From: Octopus sinensis
Lineage: Eukaryota
Direction of reading: 5' to 3'
Length of the DNA stretch: 64,000 bases
NCBI RefSeq assembly: GCF_006345805.1
Contig: NC_043006.1
Coordinates: forward strand, 29,760,001 to 29,824,000
Position numbers and translations under genes: made by a program. Numbering within the stretch: the first letter of the stretch is position 1; each line of letters begins with the position of its first letter. Below are positions 11,490 to 23,215 of this stretch, in pieces. The notes below the pieces were generated by a model. That model had not been told where the DNA came from. It made no database searches and saw nothing but the letters and a program-made list of their open reading frames with translations.

Positions 11490-13440
11490 GTAAGAGTCCA
11501 GTGGACTTGATGGTATACTTATGACTCTGGTTTCAGAAATGAGGAGAGAACAAAGAAGAAGGCTGCTAGAAGTCCATAATGCAAATGATTTGCTGACCTG
11601 CAACACTAACTGCAGCAAACCAGCCAGCCAGCCACTGTTAATCTAGTTAATCTAGTAGGTACACAAGCCAGATTGGCCATATTTTCATCAGAAACAAGGA
11701 CAGGCAGATGCTTGTAAATGCAAAGTCCTTCCATGGTGCAGAATGTACAACTCAACAGAGTTTAGTGTTAACTTCAGACTTAGGTTTAGAAGGATTCAGA
11801 GATACAAGCCAGTCTGGAAAAGGAGAATATGGAAGCTTAATGATTCATTAAACAATCAGAAGTTTAGAGAAGTTCTAACTGAAGTATTTGATGAGAAGGA
11901 AGAGAGAGAGAGAGATAACAAAGAGAAATACTGGAAGTTCTTATGAGACAACCTATTAAGGGGTACAATATGAAGTTGGGTCAAAATTCCAGCCAGACCA
12001 AGGTTGACACAGTGGTGGAACAGTGAGGTGGACAGGGCCCTCAAAGTGAACGGACAGGTTTAGCAAGTGTTGGAAAATTAAAGTGGTATATCAGGTGGCC
12101 AGGAAGGGAAGCTAATGAATGTGTTTATCTAGTAAGGAGTAGGAGCAGGAAGGAAGTGGTTTGCCAATGTCTTACAGCATGAAAATCAGAAGCATGAGAT
12201 GTTCTGGATCGCAAGACAGTCTATAAGTGAGAATCAAGATGTTGTAGGAGAGAAGTGAATGTGTGGAAGGATAAAGGTACACTTGCACTTTTAGTGATTC
12301 TGGAAAGAAAGAGGCATGAAAGTGCTACAATGAAAGGCAATTAAATATGAAGAAAGGAAAGTCTTCCCAATGTGAACCCAATGGAAGGAGAAGCTATCCT
12401 AGTTAGCAGCAGTATGATAGTTAAGGTAATTAAGGATATGAAGAATGGGAAAGTCCCTGGTCCATCAAGAATCATCAGTGAAATGCTTAAAATATCCGGC
12501 AGAGTAGCACACAGCCTAGTCCCCTGTATAGTTAATCAGGTTGTACAGGAAAGTGTCATACCCAATGAGTGGTATAGCAGCATTATAGTCAATTGTTACA
12601 AGGGTAAAAGAGATGCCAGGAGAGAAGTAATTAGAGAGGTATCAAATTGCAGGACCAGGTGGAAGTTACAGAGAGAGTTATAACCCTCTTAATGAAGAAC
12701 AGAATTAGACAAGATGTGATGCAGCTTTGCTTCATGTGAGAGGGATGCAGAGTGCTATTGATGTCATCTTCTTAGTCTACAGGAGAAGTATTTAGCTAGA
12801 AGTAAGCCATTGTACTTGGCATTTGTTGATCTGGAGAAAGCTCTTAATGCAGTCCTTTGTTCTGTTATCTGGTTGTCTCTGAAGAAGCTAGAAGAAGACA
12901 AACGGCTTGTGAATGCCATTCAAGCCATGTACAGGGTGCAGTCAGTGAGGTGAGAGTTAGCCATGAGTACAGTGATTAATTTAGGGTATAGGTAGAAGTT
13001 CACCAGGGCTTGGTTCTCAGTCCACTCCTATTCATCATTGTCCTTCAGACTATAACAGGAATTTAAGACCAGCTGCTCTTGAGAACTATTATATGTCAAT
13101 TACCTCATTCTCATAGCAGGATCTATAAAAGAATTAGAATAGAAATTCTTGGTGTGAAAGCAAAACTTGGAATCGAAGGGCCTTAAAACTAACTTAGGAA
13201 AGACCTATGTTCTAATAAGCAGGAAAACAGAGAGGACGCTATCCCTTCAGGTAAATGACACTGCTCAATATGTAGGAAAGATGTAGGCAGAAATTTCATA
13301 GAGTACCCAGTGCAAGCTACGGACACACAAGGGGTGTAGTAGAATCACAGGAAGATTAAGAGAAAGTAGTGTTTGTATTTGGAAGACATGTGCAGAAGCA
13401 ATAAACATTAGGGACACACAAGAAACAGATTATCAGTTCA
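11490..13440 (+). mobile_element. RTE-clade LINE ORF2 remnant (end of endonuclease region, RT, PHD-like finger)
   Basis: KMKNGKVPGPSRIISEMLK, LAFVDLEKA, HQG.VLSPLLFII motifs; Cys cluster ~13255-13395 homologous to 3155-3297; many stops. Confidence 0.9.
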
Positions 13441-14030
13441 TGCCAAAAAGTTATGATCCAATTTAGGTGCTGAGCAAACTCAAACTCTCAGGCGGTGCTA
13501 ACAAGCTCTGATTATTCTCAGATGAGAAGAACTTTGTCCAAAATCAAAAAGTGAACAGGAAGAATGACAGATGGTTCCGTGCCAGATACAGTAAAGTCCT
13601 CACTGTTATACACATCAAGTTCCCAACAGTGAGGGCCATATCATAGCGCCTCATGTTTTCATGCAAGATCTTAGGGTCAATACAGCAGCCTACATTGAGA
13701 TAATGAAAATGGTTGTCAAGCCCTGGATTCAGATGGTCATTTGGAGGAGGCTGTACATCTTCTGCTCCCTCTTACACAACTTGAATGACACATGAGGGTA
13801 TGGCAGAAAATTAGCCTCCTAGCTCTCCTGGTTTAAAACCCCTCGACTACTACATGTTGGGTACCATTGAGAAGGAGACCAACAAGCATAGCTACAATAT
13901 CAAGGACTTGTTGATGGCTGCTATTGGGGACATTATGGCCAACATGAATATATATCACTTAACCAATGCATTCAGTCATTTCAGAAGCCATATCCAGGCA
14001 ATAATCAAGGTTGAAAACATTTTTTTAAAA
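13440..14030 (+). mobile_element. Tc1/mariner-superfamily transposase remnant
   Basis: FSDEKNF..Q..NRKNDRW (~13515), VVKPWI, SSPGLKPLDYY (~13822; SPDLNPLDY-like), then ORF 13854-14078. Confidence 0.8.
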
Positions 14031-14484
14031 ATCACATTTTGCTGCTACATGTATTTAAGAATGTATCAAAGTCTATGAAAATAAATAGTTTTTTTTCTAA
14101 TATCTTTATTAATGCCACTACTTATTTTTGAAAGTCAGGTACTTTTTCTGACAGTCTCTTTTGCTGAATGGCTAAGTTACAGGAATGTAAACAAACCAAC
14201 AGCAGTTATCAAGTAGTAATGGGAGATAAATACAAAGGCACACACACACATTTGGCTTAGGTATGGTGGGACTAATAAACTGGTGTAGAGCTAATGAAGC
14301 TCATAAGATAATTGTTTATTTGTTTGTCATTCTCCTTATTACATTCTGTACTTGACTAACACTTCCTCCTGAAGCATAAGTTTACTGAGTTCTACACCAG
14401 GTTAATTAATGAAGTTCATTAGATAATCATTTGTTCCTTTATCATCTCATTTTCTTATACACACACACACACACACACACACAC

Positions 14485-14632
14485 AAGCTTCTTTCAATTT
14501 CTGTCAACAAAATCCACTCACAAAGGTTTGGTTAGTGCAATGCTATAATAGAAGACACTTGCCCAAGGAGCCACACAGTGGGGCTGAACCCAGAACCATG
14601 TGGTTGTGAAGCAAACGTCTTACAACATAACC
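14485..14632 (-). mobile_element. SINE family A, 5' part
   Basis: GAAGACACTTGCCCAAGG..CAGTGGGGCTGAACCCAGAACCATGTGG. Confidence 0.75.
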
Positions 14633-14704
14633 ATACATATATATATATATACGTACGTACATACATACATACATACATACAAAGAAAAAAGGAAGCACTC
14701 TATC

Positions 14705-15022
14705 AGTTACGACAACAAATGTCCCAACTGATACGATCAACAGAACAGCTTGGTTGTGAGATTAATGTGCAAATGGCTGAGCACTCCACAGACATGCATA
14801 TGTACCCCTCTTACATATTTCTCAGGGGGATTCAGCATGATACAGAGTGTTAAAAAGCTGGCCCCTTAAAATACAGGTACTACACATTTTTGCCAGCTGA
14901 GTGAACTGGAGCACCATGAAATAAAGTGTCTTGCTCAAGGACACAATCTGCCACCAGGAATTGAACTTGCGACCCTGCGATTACAAGCCAAATACCCTAA
15001 CCACTAAGCCACACGCCTTCAC
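14705..15022 (-). mobile_element. SINE family C variant
   Basis: AAAGTGTCTTGCTCAAGGACACA, GGGATTCAGC; colinear with 59546-59841. Confidence 0.8.
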
Positions 15023-15439
15023 ATGCATGTATGTATGTATGCATCTGTCTTGTACCTCGTCCCAAAACACTTCACATCATCTGTACTGCTGCCTATCACC
15101 TCCCTAACCCACACCTACTTCCTCCACCTTCCCATCCAACTGATATTCATAACTGACCACACCCCTACACATCTTCACTCTTCATTGCTTTATCCACCTC
15201 TCACTTCCCTTCAACACCCACAAACATACCTACCCATTCACCCTCTCCAATCCCTTGGACCACTTCTCTTATGCCCACCTTATTGTCATCTGAGGGTATG
15301 CCCTAACACTTCTTCACCCTCATCTCCCTTTTACCAGCTAGAGTACCAATGTATCTCCTTCTGAAAGACACCTGTTCCTGTCACCTCCATATTTTAGCCT
15401 CTCAACACCTGACAAAAAGGCACCTTCCTCAATAGTGCA

Positions 15440-15665
15440 TCTCTCAGTTGAAGGGTCCTGTCTTGCAAAAGACTTGGTGAATTCACTAGTGTTGGTACCC
15501 AAGGAAAAAAAAACAAAAAAGAAAACTAGTACACTTTGAAAAGTGGTTGGTGTTAGGAAAGTTATCCAGCCTTTGAAATCATTTCAAAGCAGACACTGGA
15601 GCTTGGTCTTCTGACCGATCACTACCTGTCAAACCATCCAACCCATGCCACCATGGAAAATGCAT
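15440..15665 (+). mobile_element. RTE 3' UTR fragment
   Basis: GTGGTTGGTGTTAGGAAAG..ATCCAGCC..CCAACCCATGCCACCATGG. Confidence 0.75.
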
Positions 15666-16269
15666 ATTTTATTACTGTTTTACTATATTTGTCACAGTGG
15701 ATTTTGCCTTCGCATGTGGTTGCCAATGGATACTTGACACTGATGAAGCTCAAAGAGGCAAAAATGCACATTTAGCAATACCACTATCACTGCTACAAGA
15801 TTTTTCATCTACTGCTGACATATTTCTCTGCATTATTTAACCTTTCAGTATTTAAACCGGCCATATCCGTCCAAAATATTCAAATTGCTTTATATTCAAA
15901 CTGGTCAGGGCCTGCCTCTCACACCTATCCTACACTGTTAGTGTAAAAAAAAACTATATCACCAAAATTTTTAAATTACAAGATAATGCATGCTTAATTC
16001 AAAACAAAGTGAATAAACAGGCATTACTTTTGACAGAGAAATCTGAACACTAAAGGATGAAGACAGTATGTTCATAAGATTATTTCCAGACAAATACTGC
16101 AGGTAATTGGCCTTTCAAAGATATATCTGCTTTAAGTAGGATACACAGATTGATATATATATATCTTTTATTTGTTTCAGTCATTAGACTGTGGCCATGC
16201 TGGAGCACCACCATGAAGAATTTCAGTCTAACAAATTGCCCCCAATACTTATTTTTTGAAGTGAGATAT

Positions 16270-16271
16270 AT

Positions 16272-16303
<32 letters not shown>

Positions 16304-16389
16304 CATTCATATATATGCATATATAAATAAATAAATGCAGTTATATACATATGTATATACATTCATATATATATATAAATGTGTGTATG

Positions 16390-16423
<34 letters not shown>

Positions 16424-16447
16424 ATATATACACACATAAATAATACA

Positions 16448-16483
<36 letters not shown>

Positions 16484-16500
16484 TATATAAAATTATACAT
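16270..16500. repeat. (TA)n compound microsatellite
   Basis: Direct inspection. Confidence 0.9.
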
Positions 16501-16571
16501 ATAAGCATAATGCATGTTAAATGATGAAGATGATATACATACATAAAAATATACATACACATATATACAAG

Positions 16572-16895
16572 TGAAGGCACATGGCTCAGTGGTTAGAGCA
16601 TCGAGCTCACAATCATGAGGTAGTGAGTTCAATTTCTGAACCAGGCTGTGTATTATGTTCTTGAGCAAGACACTTTATTTCACATTGCTTCAGTTCACTC
16701 AGCTGTAGAAATGAGTTGCAACATCACTGGTGCCAAGCTGTATCGACCCTTTTGCCTTTCCCTTGGATAACATCAGTGGTGTGGAGAGGGGAGGCTGGTA
16801 TGCATGGGCATCTGCTGGTCTTCCATAAACAACCTTGTCTGGACTTGTGCCTCAGAGGGGAACTTTCTAGGCGCAATTCCTAAGGGGGTCTTTAC
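16572..16895 (+). mobile_element. SINE family C, full length
   Basis: tRNA-like head TGGCTCAGTGG..GAGTTCAATT, then GTTCTTGAGCAAGACACTTTATTTCAC. Confidence 0.85.
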
Positions 16896-16944
16896 TTTTA
16901 CATGTAAACATATACAGACATACATGTGCATGTATGTATATATA

Positions 16945-17055
16945 TCATCATCATCATCATTTAACATCCGCTTTCCATGCTAGCATGGGTTGGACGATTT
17001 GACTGAGGTCTGATCTGGCAGAGTTTCTACAGCTAGATGCCCTTCATAACGCCAA
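16945..17055 (-). mobile_element. RTE 3'-end fragment (the only minus-strand copy found)
   Basis: (CAT)n-TTAACATCCGCTTTCCATGCTAGCATGGGTTGGACG next to (TA)n. Confidence 0.85.
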
Positions 17056-17059
17056 CCAT

Positions 17060-17283
17060 ATGGACAGATAGGTGCCTCACCTTGTTTGTTGTTACATTTC
17101 AGCTGATGTATTCTCCAGCCTTCATCAGGTGTTCTGGTGGAATTTCGAACCCAACCCTATTCTCATTCCTAAGGTATTCTTTATTGCTGCTGTAGCTTTT
17201 TTCTGTTGATAGTATTTCCCAAGATTGAACTGAGAATCCAAGGGTCAGTAGCCCACACTCTTATCCACTACACTATATGCCCG
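17060..17283 (-). mobile_element. tRNA-headed SINE with Penelope-like, hammerhead-like 3' part
   Basis: Minus strand: A-box-like TAGTGTAGTGG and B-box-like AGTTCAATC in 17283-17215; CTGATGA-A-GGCTG-(10 nt)-CAGCT-GAAAT at 17128-17096. Confidence 0.6.
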
Positions 17284-17504
17284 ATGTGAATGTTTTGGGC
17301 TTATAAACCTAATATTTTATCTTTTCTTAATACTGGTTCCCATATTACACTCATATCTGCACTAGGTCTGCTTAGGAGTTTATTGTGTCCTAACATATGT
17401 GCAGAGACTTGGGAAATAATATCAACAGAAAAAAAATGACATGTATATTATGAAAATGATGTACATAGTTCCTCATCTCAAAAATATAGAATAGTATATA
17501 TGTA

Positions 17505-17890
17505 TATATAAAGGGGCCTCACAAAGGCAAAGTGGCCAAGTTCCTTTCAAGCGTTGGGCCTCAAAGTAGCTGAGTTCCTTTCAAGAATTGGGCCTCACAG
17601 AGGCATTGACTGAGATCTTTGGCATTATGTCGTGCTTGAGAAGAAGACCCATCAAACAGCAAAATTGCAGTCATGACAGATACTGGTGTCACGTAAATGG
17701 GAACCAAGCCAGTGGCACGTAAAAGCACCCATTACACTCTTGAGGTGATTGGTGTTAGGAAGGGCATCCAGCCATAGAAAACCATGCCAAATCAAACTGG
17801 AGTCTGGTGCAGCCTTCCAGTTTACCAGCCCTGGTCAAACCGTCCAAACCATGCCAGCATAGACAACAGACGTTTAATGATGATGATGAT
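17505..17890 (+). mobile_element. RTE 3' UTR fragment
   Basis: Tandem GTTCCTTTCAAG..TTGGGCCTCA units, then GGTGTTAGGAAGGGCATCCAGCC..ATGATGATGAT and (TA)n. Confidence 0.85.
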
Positions 17891-17951
17891 GATATATATA
17901 TATTATATATATATATATATATAATATATATATATATATACATACACGTAC

Positions 17952-18039
17952 GGATGGGTCTTCATGAATACAGCAATGCACCAGATAAATGACTAAGGCG
18001 AGATGTGTGGCACATTGCTGGACTCATGAAGACCTGTCC
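17952..18039. mobile_element. Small inverted-repeat element (MITE-like)
   Basis: GGATGGGTCTTCATGA (17952-17967) versus TCATGAAGACCTGTCC (18024-18039), 14/16 complementary. Confidence 0.5.
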
Positions 18040-18049
18040 ACCACAGAAG

Positions 18050-18288
18050 AATTGATACTAGTGCTGGTGCTATGTGAAAAGCACTCATGCTGGGGCCACA
18101 TTGATAGCACTGGTGCTGGTGCCACATAAAAAACACCCTGCACACTCTGTGGAGGGGTTGACATTAGGAAGGACATCCAGATATGGAAACCATGTCAGAA
18201 CAGACAATGGAGCTTTATGCAGTTCCTGGCCTTACCACCTGCGGTCAAACCTTCCACCCCATACAGACGTTAAATGATGATGATGATG
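18050..18288 (+). mobile_element. RTE 3' UTR fragment
   Basis: TTAGGAAGGACATCCAG..CCCATACAGACGTTAAATGATGATGATGAT. Confidence 0.75.
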
Positions 18289-18312
18289 TATACATATACA
18301 TACATGTATGTC

Positions 18313-18353
<41 letters not shown>

Positions 18354-18489
18354 AATGAGGTCACAGAAGTGTGATGAAAGAACTCTGGCCGAAATACAAT
18401 TAATATAAAATGAAGCTGAAGCAAATGAACACCAAATATATAGTGCATGTGTTTTTATTGACTAACCTGGCAACATGACCATCCCCAAA

Positions 18490-18760
<271 letters not shown>

Positions 18761-18846
18761 AGGTACACTGCATAAGTGCAATAATTGGTCACAAGTTAGG
18801 TTCAAAGTTCACAGCTGAGGCTGGAGCTCAGGATCCGTAGTAGGCT

Positions 18847-19290
18847 TGGACAATGAAACCAAGGCAAGACAAGTATTTCAGGTCATTTAGAATATTTAAT
18901 TAGAGTAAGGTGAATCAAAAAACAGAGATGTAGAATTGATTAATGTCTTAAAACTGTTTCTGGGATATCCCACATGATGGGTCGACATCTCCATACAGTG
19001 AGTATTCCATCATCAAAGACAAGGTGTGTATGCAGGAAAGTTCCAGACAGAAAATTCCCAGTAGATAGAAGAATAAAACAGTAGTCTGTGTCTGGATCTT
19101 TCCTGCAAACACTCCTTGTCTCAGATGACGGAATACCCAGTGTATGGAGGTGCTGACCCCTCACCCGGGATGTCCCAGAAACAGAGGTAAGACATTAATC
19201 AATTCTACATCTCTGTGTTTTGATTCACCTTACTCTAATTAAATATTTTAAATGACAGAGATACTCATCTTGCCTTGGTTTTGTTGTCCA
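18847..19290. repeat. Fold-back element, ~200-bp inverted arms, 39-nt loop
   Basis: Arm 18847-19049 (TGGACAATGAAACCAAGGCAAG..TTCCAGACA) is the reverse complement of 19089-19290 with scattered mismatches. Confidence 0.9.
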
Positions 19291-19409
19291 TTTATATATA
19301 GATATATACGTCCATACATACATATATACTTATATATACATACACACACACATAGATAGATAGATAGATAGACACACACACACACATATACATACATACA
19401 AATATATAT

Positions 19410-19524
19410 ATATGGCCTGCTTGCTTAGCCAGCAGGGTGGCGTCATTTGAAGGCTAAAAGAATGTGAAGTGCATTGTGACCAGCGATGTGTAGCAACATC
19501 TGATAGCCTGGTCAGTCACGTGAT

Positions 19525-19533
<9 letters not shown>
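19410..19533 (+). mobile_element. 3' end of a second LINE-type family with CACGTGAT terminal repeats
   Basis: ..GATAGCCTGGTCAGTCACGTGATCACGTGAT then (TA)n; family assignment from memory. Confidence 0.45.
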
Positions 19534-19583
<50 letters not shown>

Positions 19584-19689
19584 TGTATGGTGGAAGTCAG
19601 CTCATGCTTGAATAAGACAACTTACACTTTCTAAGGATTTCGAGCATAAAGTTGACCCCCACTTTCCTCTGGGTTTGTTGTCTTGCCAG

Positions 19690-19805
19690 CTGCATGGCGA
19701 TCTTAACTGTGCTGGTGTCATGTATAAAGTACCCAGCTCACTCTGTAAAGTGGTTGGCATTAGTAAGGGCATCCAGCCATAGAAACCTTGCCAAAATAGA
19801 CAACT
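19690..19805 (+). mobile_element. RTE 3' UTR fragment
   Basis: CACTCTGTAAAGTGGTTGGCATTAGTAAGGGCATCCAGCCATAGAAACC. Confidence 0.75.
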
Positions 19806-20134
19806 GCTGTATGATAGTCCTTGGACACATCGGTTCCTCTCAAATTCCAAGCGATATATTCTAATATGGAACATGGACCTCTCTCTCTCTCTCTCTCTTT
19901 CTATACATGTGTGTGCGCGCACACGTGTGCATGCGTGTGTGAGTGTGTGCGTGTGCTTTATACCCTTTCTACTTTAACAAAGTCACGGAAAAGTACGTGT
20001 GTGTCTAACCCATGCCATCATGGAACACAGACGTTATATGATGTGTATGCGTGTGTGTATATTAATACCCTTTCTCCTTTAACAAAGTCACAGAAAAGAT
20101 GAACACATATACATATATATACGTACGTGTATAT

Positions 20135-20178
<44 letters not shown>

Positions 20179-21336
20179 CGTGTAAGGTGTAGAGCGAAAA
20201 GTATAAAGTGCTTCTTCTACTTCCAAGAACATGTTTCGAAAATTATTTGCTGTCTATTTGTCATTTCCCTGTGGACTTATGCAACGTTAATTGATATCTA
20301 TATGATATGAATAATATTAATAACATCCTTTTAAGAAAATTAATACAAAGAAGAATGAAATATATATTCTTCGTTGGTGCTAGAATATAAATTTTGAAAT
20401 ATTATTAAATATTACCAAATATATTTGCTACACAACAAAGTGGAATGAAAACGCTAATCGATTCTTTGGGACATGTTTTTAAATCTGAGCACATGTTAAT
20501 TTATCTTCACCGATTCCAGCATCAGTTTTAGTTCACAACTCCAGGGAAGTTGATACGAAACTTTTTACATGTTCATTAATTTCTTTCCAATTCTCAATTT
20601 TATTCACTTTTTCTTTTTTCTTTTTTTTTTTTAAGAAATAGACAAAAAAAAAATAGTTGGAATTCGTGTTATAATATTCCAAGCGTGGCTAATAAATAGA
20701 AGAAAGAACTTGGCCGTTTCTGCTTTCGGAACGGAACTCATTACAACCGACTGAACGGAAGCTAAAAAAAAAAACTCTGAACAAGAAACACAGAATGAAA
20801 ATGGTCCTAGAAACAGCAGACCAAATAGAAAGAAAGAATTATAAACACACGGAAAATGAGATCTGTTTTTCTTTCGAAATAAAGAATGACAAACGAAAAT
20901 CTAAATTATTCAACGAACTTTCGTAAAACCGCTCTCTCTCTCTCTCTCGACCACTTATATAAGTCTAAATTGATAAAATAATTATTCATGTTACTTCGCT
21001 TCTTCTGTTATTTATTCTGGTTAATTTCGTGTAAAAAAAAATATTTCCCATTATAACGCACAAGTTAGTATCTATTTCATTAAGATTAAATAGACTGTAA
21101 ATTCATGAAGCTACTAACAGCCAATATGTATAATTCGTTTTCTTCAACAGAAATGATGTATCCATCATATTACGAAGCCAACACTATAGAAACTGCTAGT
21201 GAAATCTTTTGCTCGACAAGCAACAAGCGAGTTTGAAAACTTTTTATTTGTAATCAGCGAACCATGAAGACACGCACGCACATACATACATATGTGCGTG
21301 TGCATACAGATAGAAAGACAAACACAGAGAGGTATA

Positions 21337-21388
<52 letters not shown>

Positions 21389-21723
21389 GAGAAAAGGAAG
21401 AAAAATAGGAAAATTGACGTACGGACGTCATTTACTCAAAGACATTCAAATTCCTGACATATACATTTATATACATACATATATGCATGCATATATTTAT
21501 ATACATATTTTATTGTCTGGGGAGAGTCGTTCTGTTTTAATTAACACGCTCACCGGTTCGATTTCCACTCATTTACTTAGTTTTCCTAAAATTTTCGTTG
21601 CTTCTTGCAACCTCTTCAACAGTCGATGATATACATACATAGATATAGATATAAATATATTACATGTATACATGTATTCATTTATGTTCATATATATTTA
21701 TAGAAGTGTGTGTGTGTGTGTGT

Positions 21724-21762
<39 letters not shown>

Positions 21763-21959
21763 ATATATATATATATATATATAAAGTACGATACATACAT
21801 ACATACATACATACATACATACATACATAATTTCTCAATGGCATAATGATACTAAAAACCTGGTGCTTGAACTCAATAATATTCTTATGCTTCAGAATAT
21901 CATCGAGTACAGAGCATAATGTGGAAAAAAAAATTTGACAAAGGAACAGGAAATTATGC

Positions 21960-22130
21960 AATGAACTTCGTAAGCTTATATCTTTATTTGCTGAGTTTCC
22001 ATAGACTCAGAACTGAATGCTTGTGCATCAGAAGCTCTGACGAAGCTATAAGGTGATGTACAAACACACAGCTCTGAATCCACGGCATCTTATAGCAGAA
22101 ACAGGTGTAAGCGAAGTAAATTCACTAAGT
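21960..22130 (+). ncRNA. Hammerhead-ribozyme-like motif with extended stem II (probably Penelope-like terminal repeat)
   Basis: CTGACGA (22037-22043), GCTATAAGGTG (22045-22055) pairing with CATCTTATAGC (22086-22096), GAAAC (22098-22102); stems I and III not unambiguously closed. Confidence 0.4.
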
Positions 22131-22199
22131 AATTTCCTGTTCCCTTGTCAATTATTTCGTTTCACATTATGCTCTTTACTCGACAAATGCTTTATCCTG

Positions 22200-22449
22200 A
22201 AGCTTTATATATATATATATATATATATATACATACACACACGTGCATATATACATTATATACATACATACATATATATAAATATATTACATACATTCAT
22301 GTATGTGCATATATATATGTATGTATATGATATATTTATATATATACACATATATATGTGTGTGTATATATATGTATGTATAAGATATATGTATATGATA
22401 TATATTTATATATGTGTGTGTGTATATATATATATGTATGATAGATATT

Positions 22450-22517
<68 letters not shown>

Positions 22518-22730
22518 ATATATATGTATGTATATGATATATATTTATATATACATATATGTGTATATATATATGTATGTATATGATATATATTTATATA
22601 TGCATATATATGTGTATATATATATATATATATTAGAAGGTTTATATATATATATATATATATTATATAATATATATATATATATTATATATATACATGA
22701 ATGTAATGTGTAGTGTACAGAAATTGTATA
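22200..22730. repeat. Long (TA)/(TATG)/(TG) compound microsatellite
   Basis: Direct inspection; source of spurious IYIY ORFs. Confidence 0.9.
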
Positions 22731-22964
22731 TATAGAAACACACGTACACACACAATATTTCATTTATAAAAGATGTCATAAAAGCAAAAATATATTCCAA
22801 GATAGGCTTTTACAACTGCTACAGTTCTTATAGCCATTTTTTTGTTTTTGTGAGATTACTTTAATCTTAATTAAGAAGAACCTAGACCCTCCGAGCAGTA
22901 ATCCGGTGTTTATCTATTCCAAGCTTACTAAAACTTTTTCTCTACACACATATAGGAAAAGATC

Positions 22965-22965
22965 C

Positions 22966-23000
<35 letters not shown>

Positions 23001-23135
23001 ATATTATATATATAATATATATATATATATATAGATAGATAGATGGATGGATGGATGGAGGATGGATGGATGATGGATGGATGGATGGATGGATGGATGG
23101 ATGGATGGATGGATGGATGGATGGATGGATGGATG

Positions 23136-23215
<80 letters not shown>
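22965..23215. repeat. (TA)n-(GGAT)n-(GATA)n compound microsatellite
   Basis: Direct inspection. Confidence 0.95.

Noticed and set aside
18375-18400. GTGATGA..GAAA as another hammerhead (also CTGATGA at 5749 and CTGACGA at 53059, 53521)
   Set aside because: No pairable stem II between the core segments
22053-22586. Long ORFs of IYIY/MYVC/HTYI type (also 25752-26414, 25966-26514, 44026-44622, 45056-45517, 22928-23254)
   Set aside because: Translations of stop-free microsatellites; no coding signal
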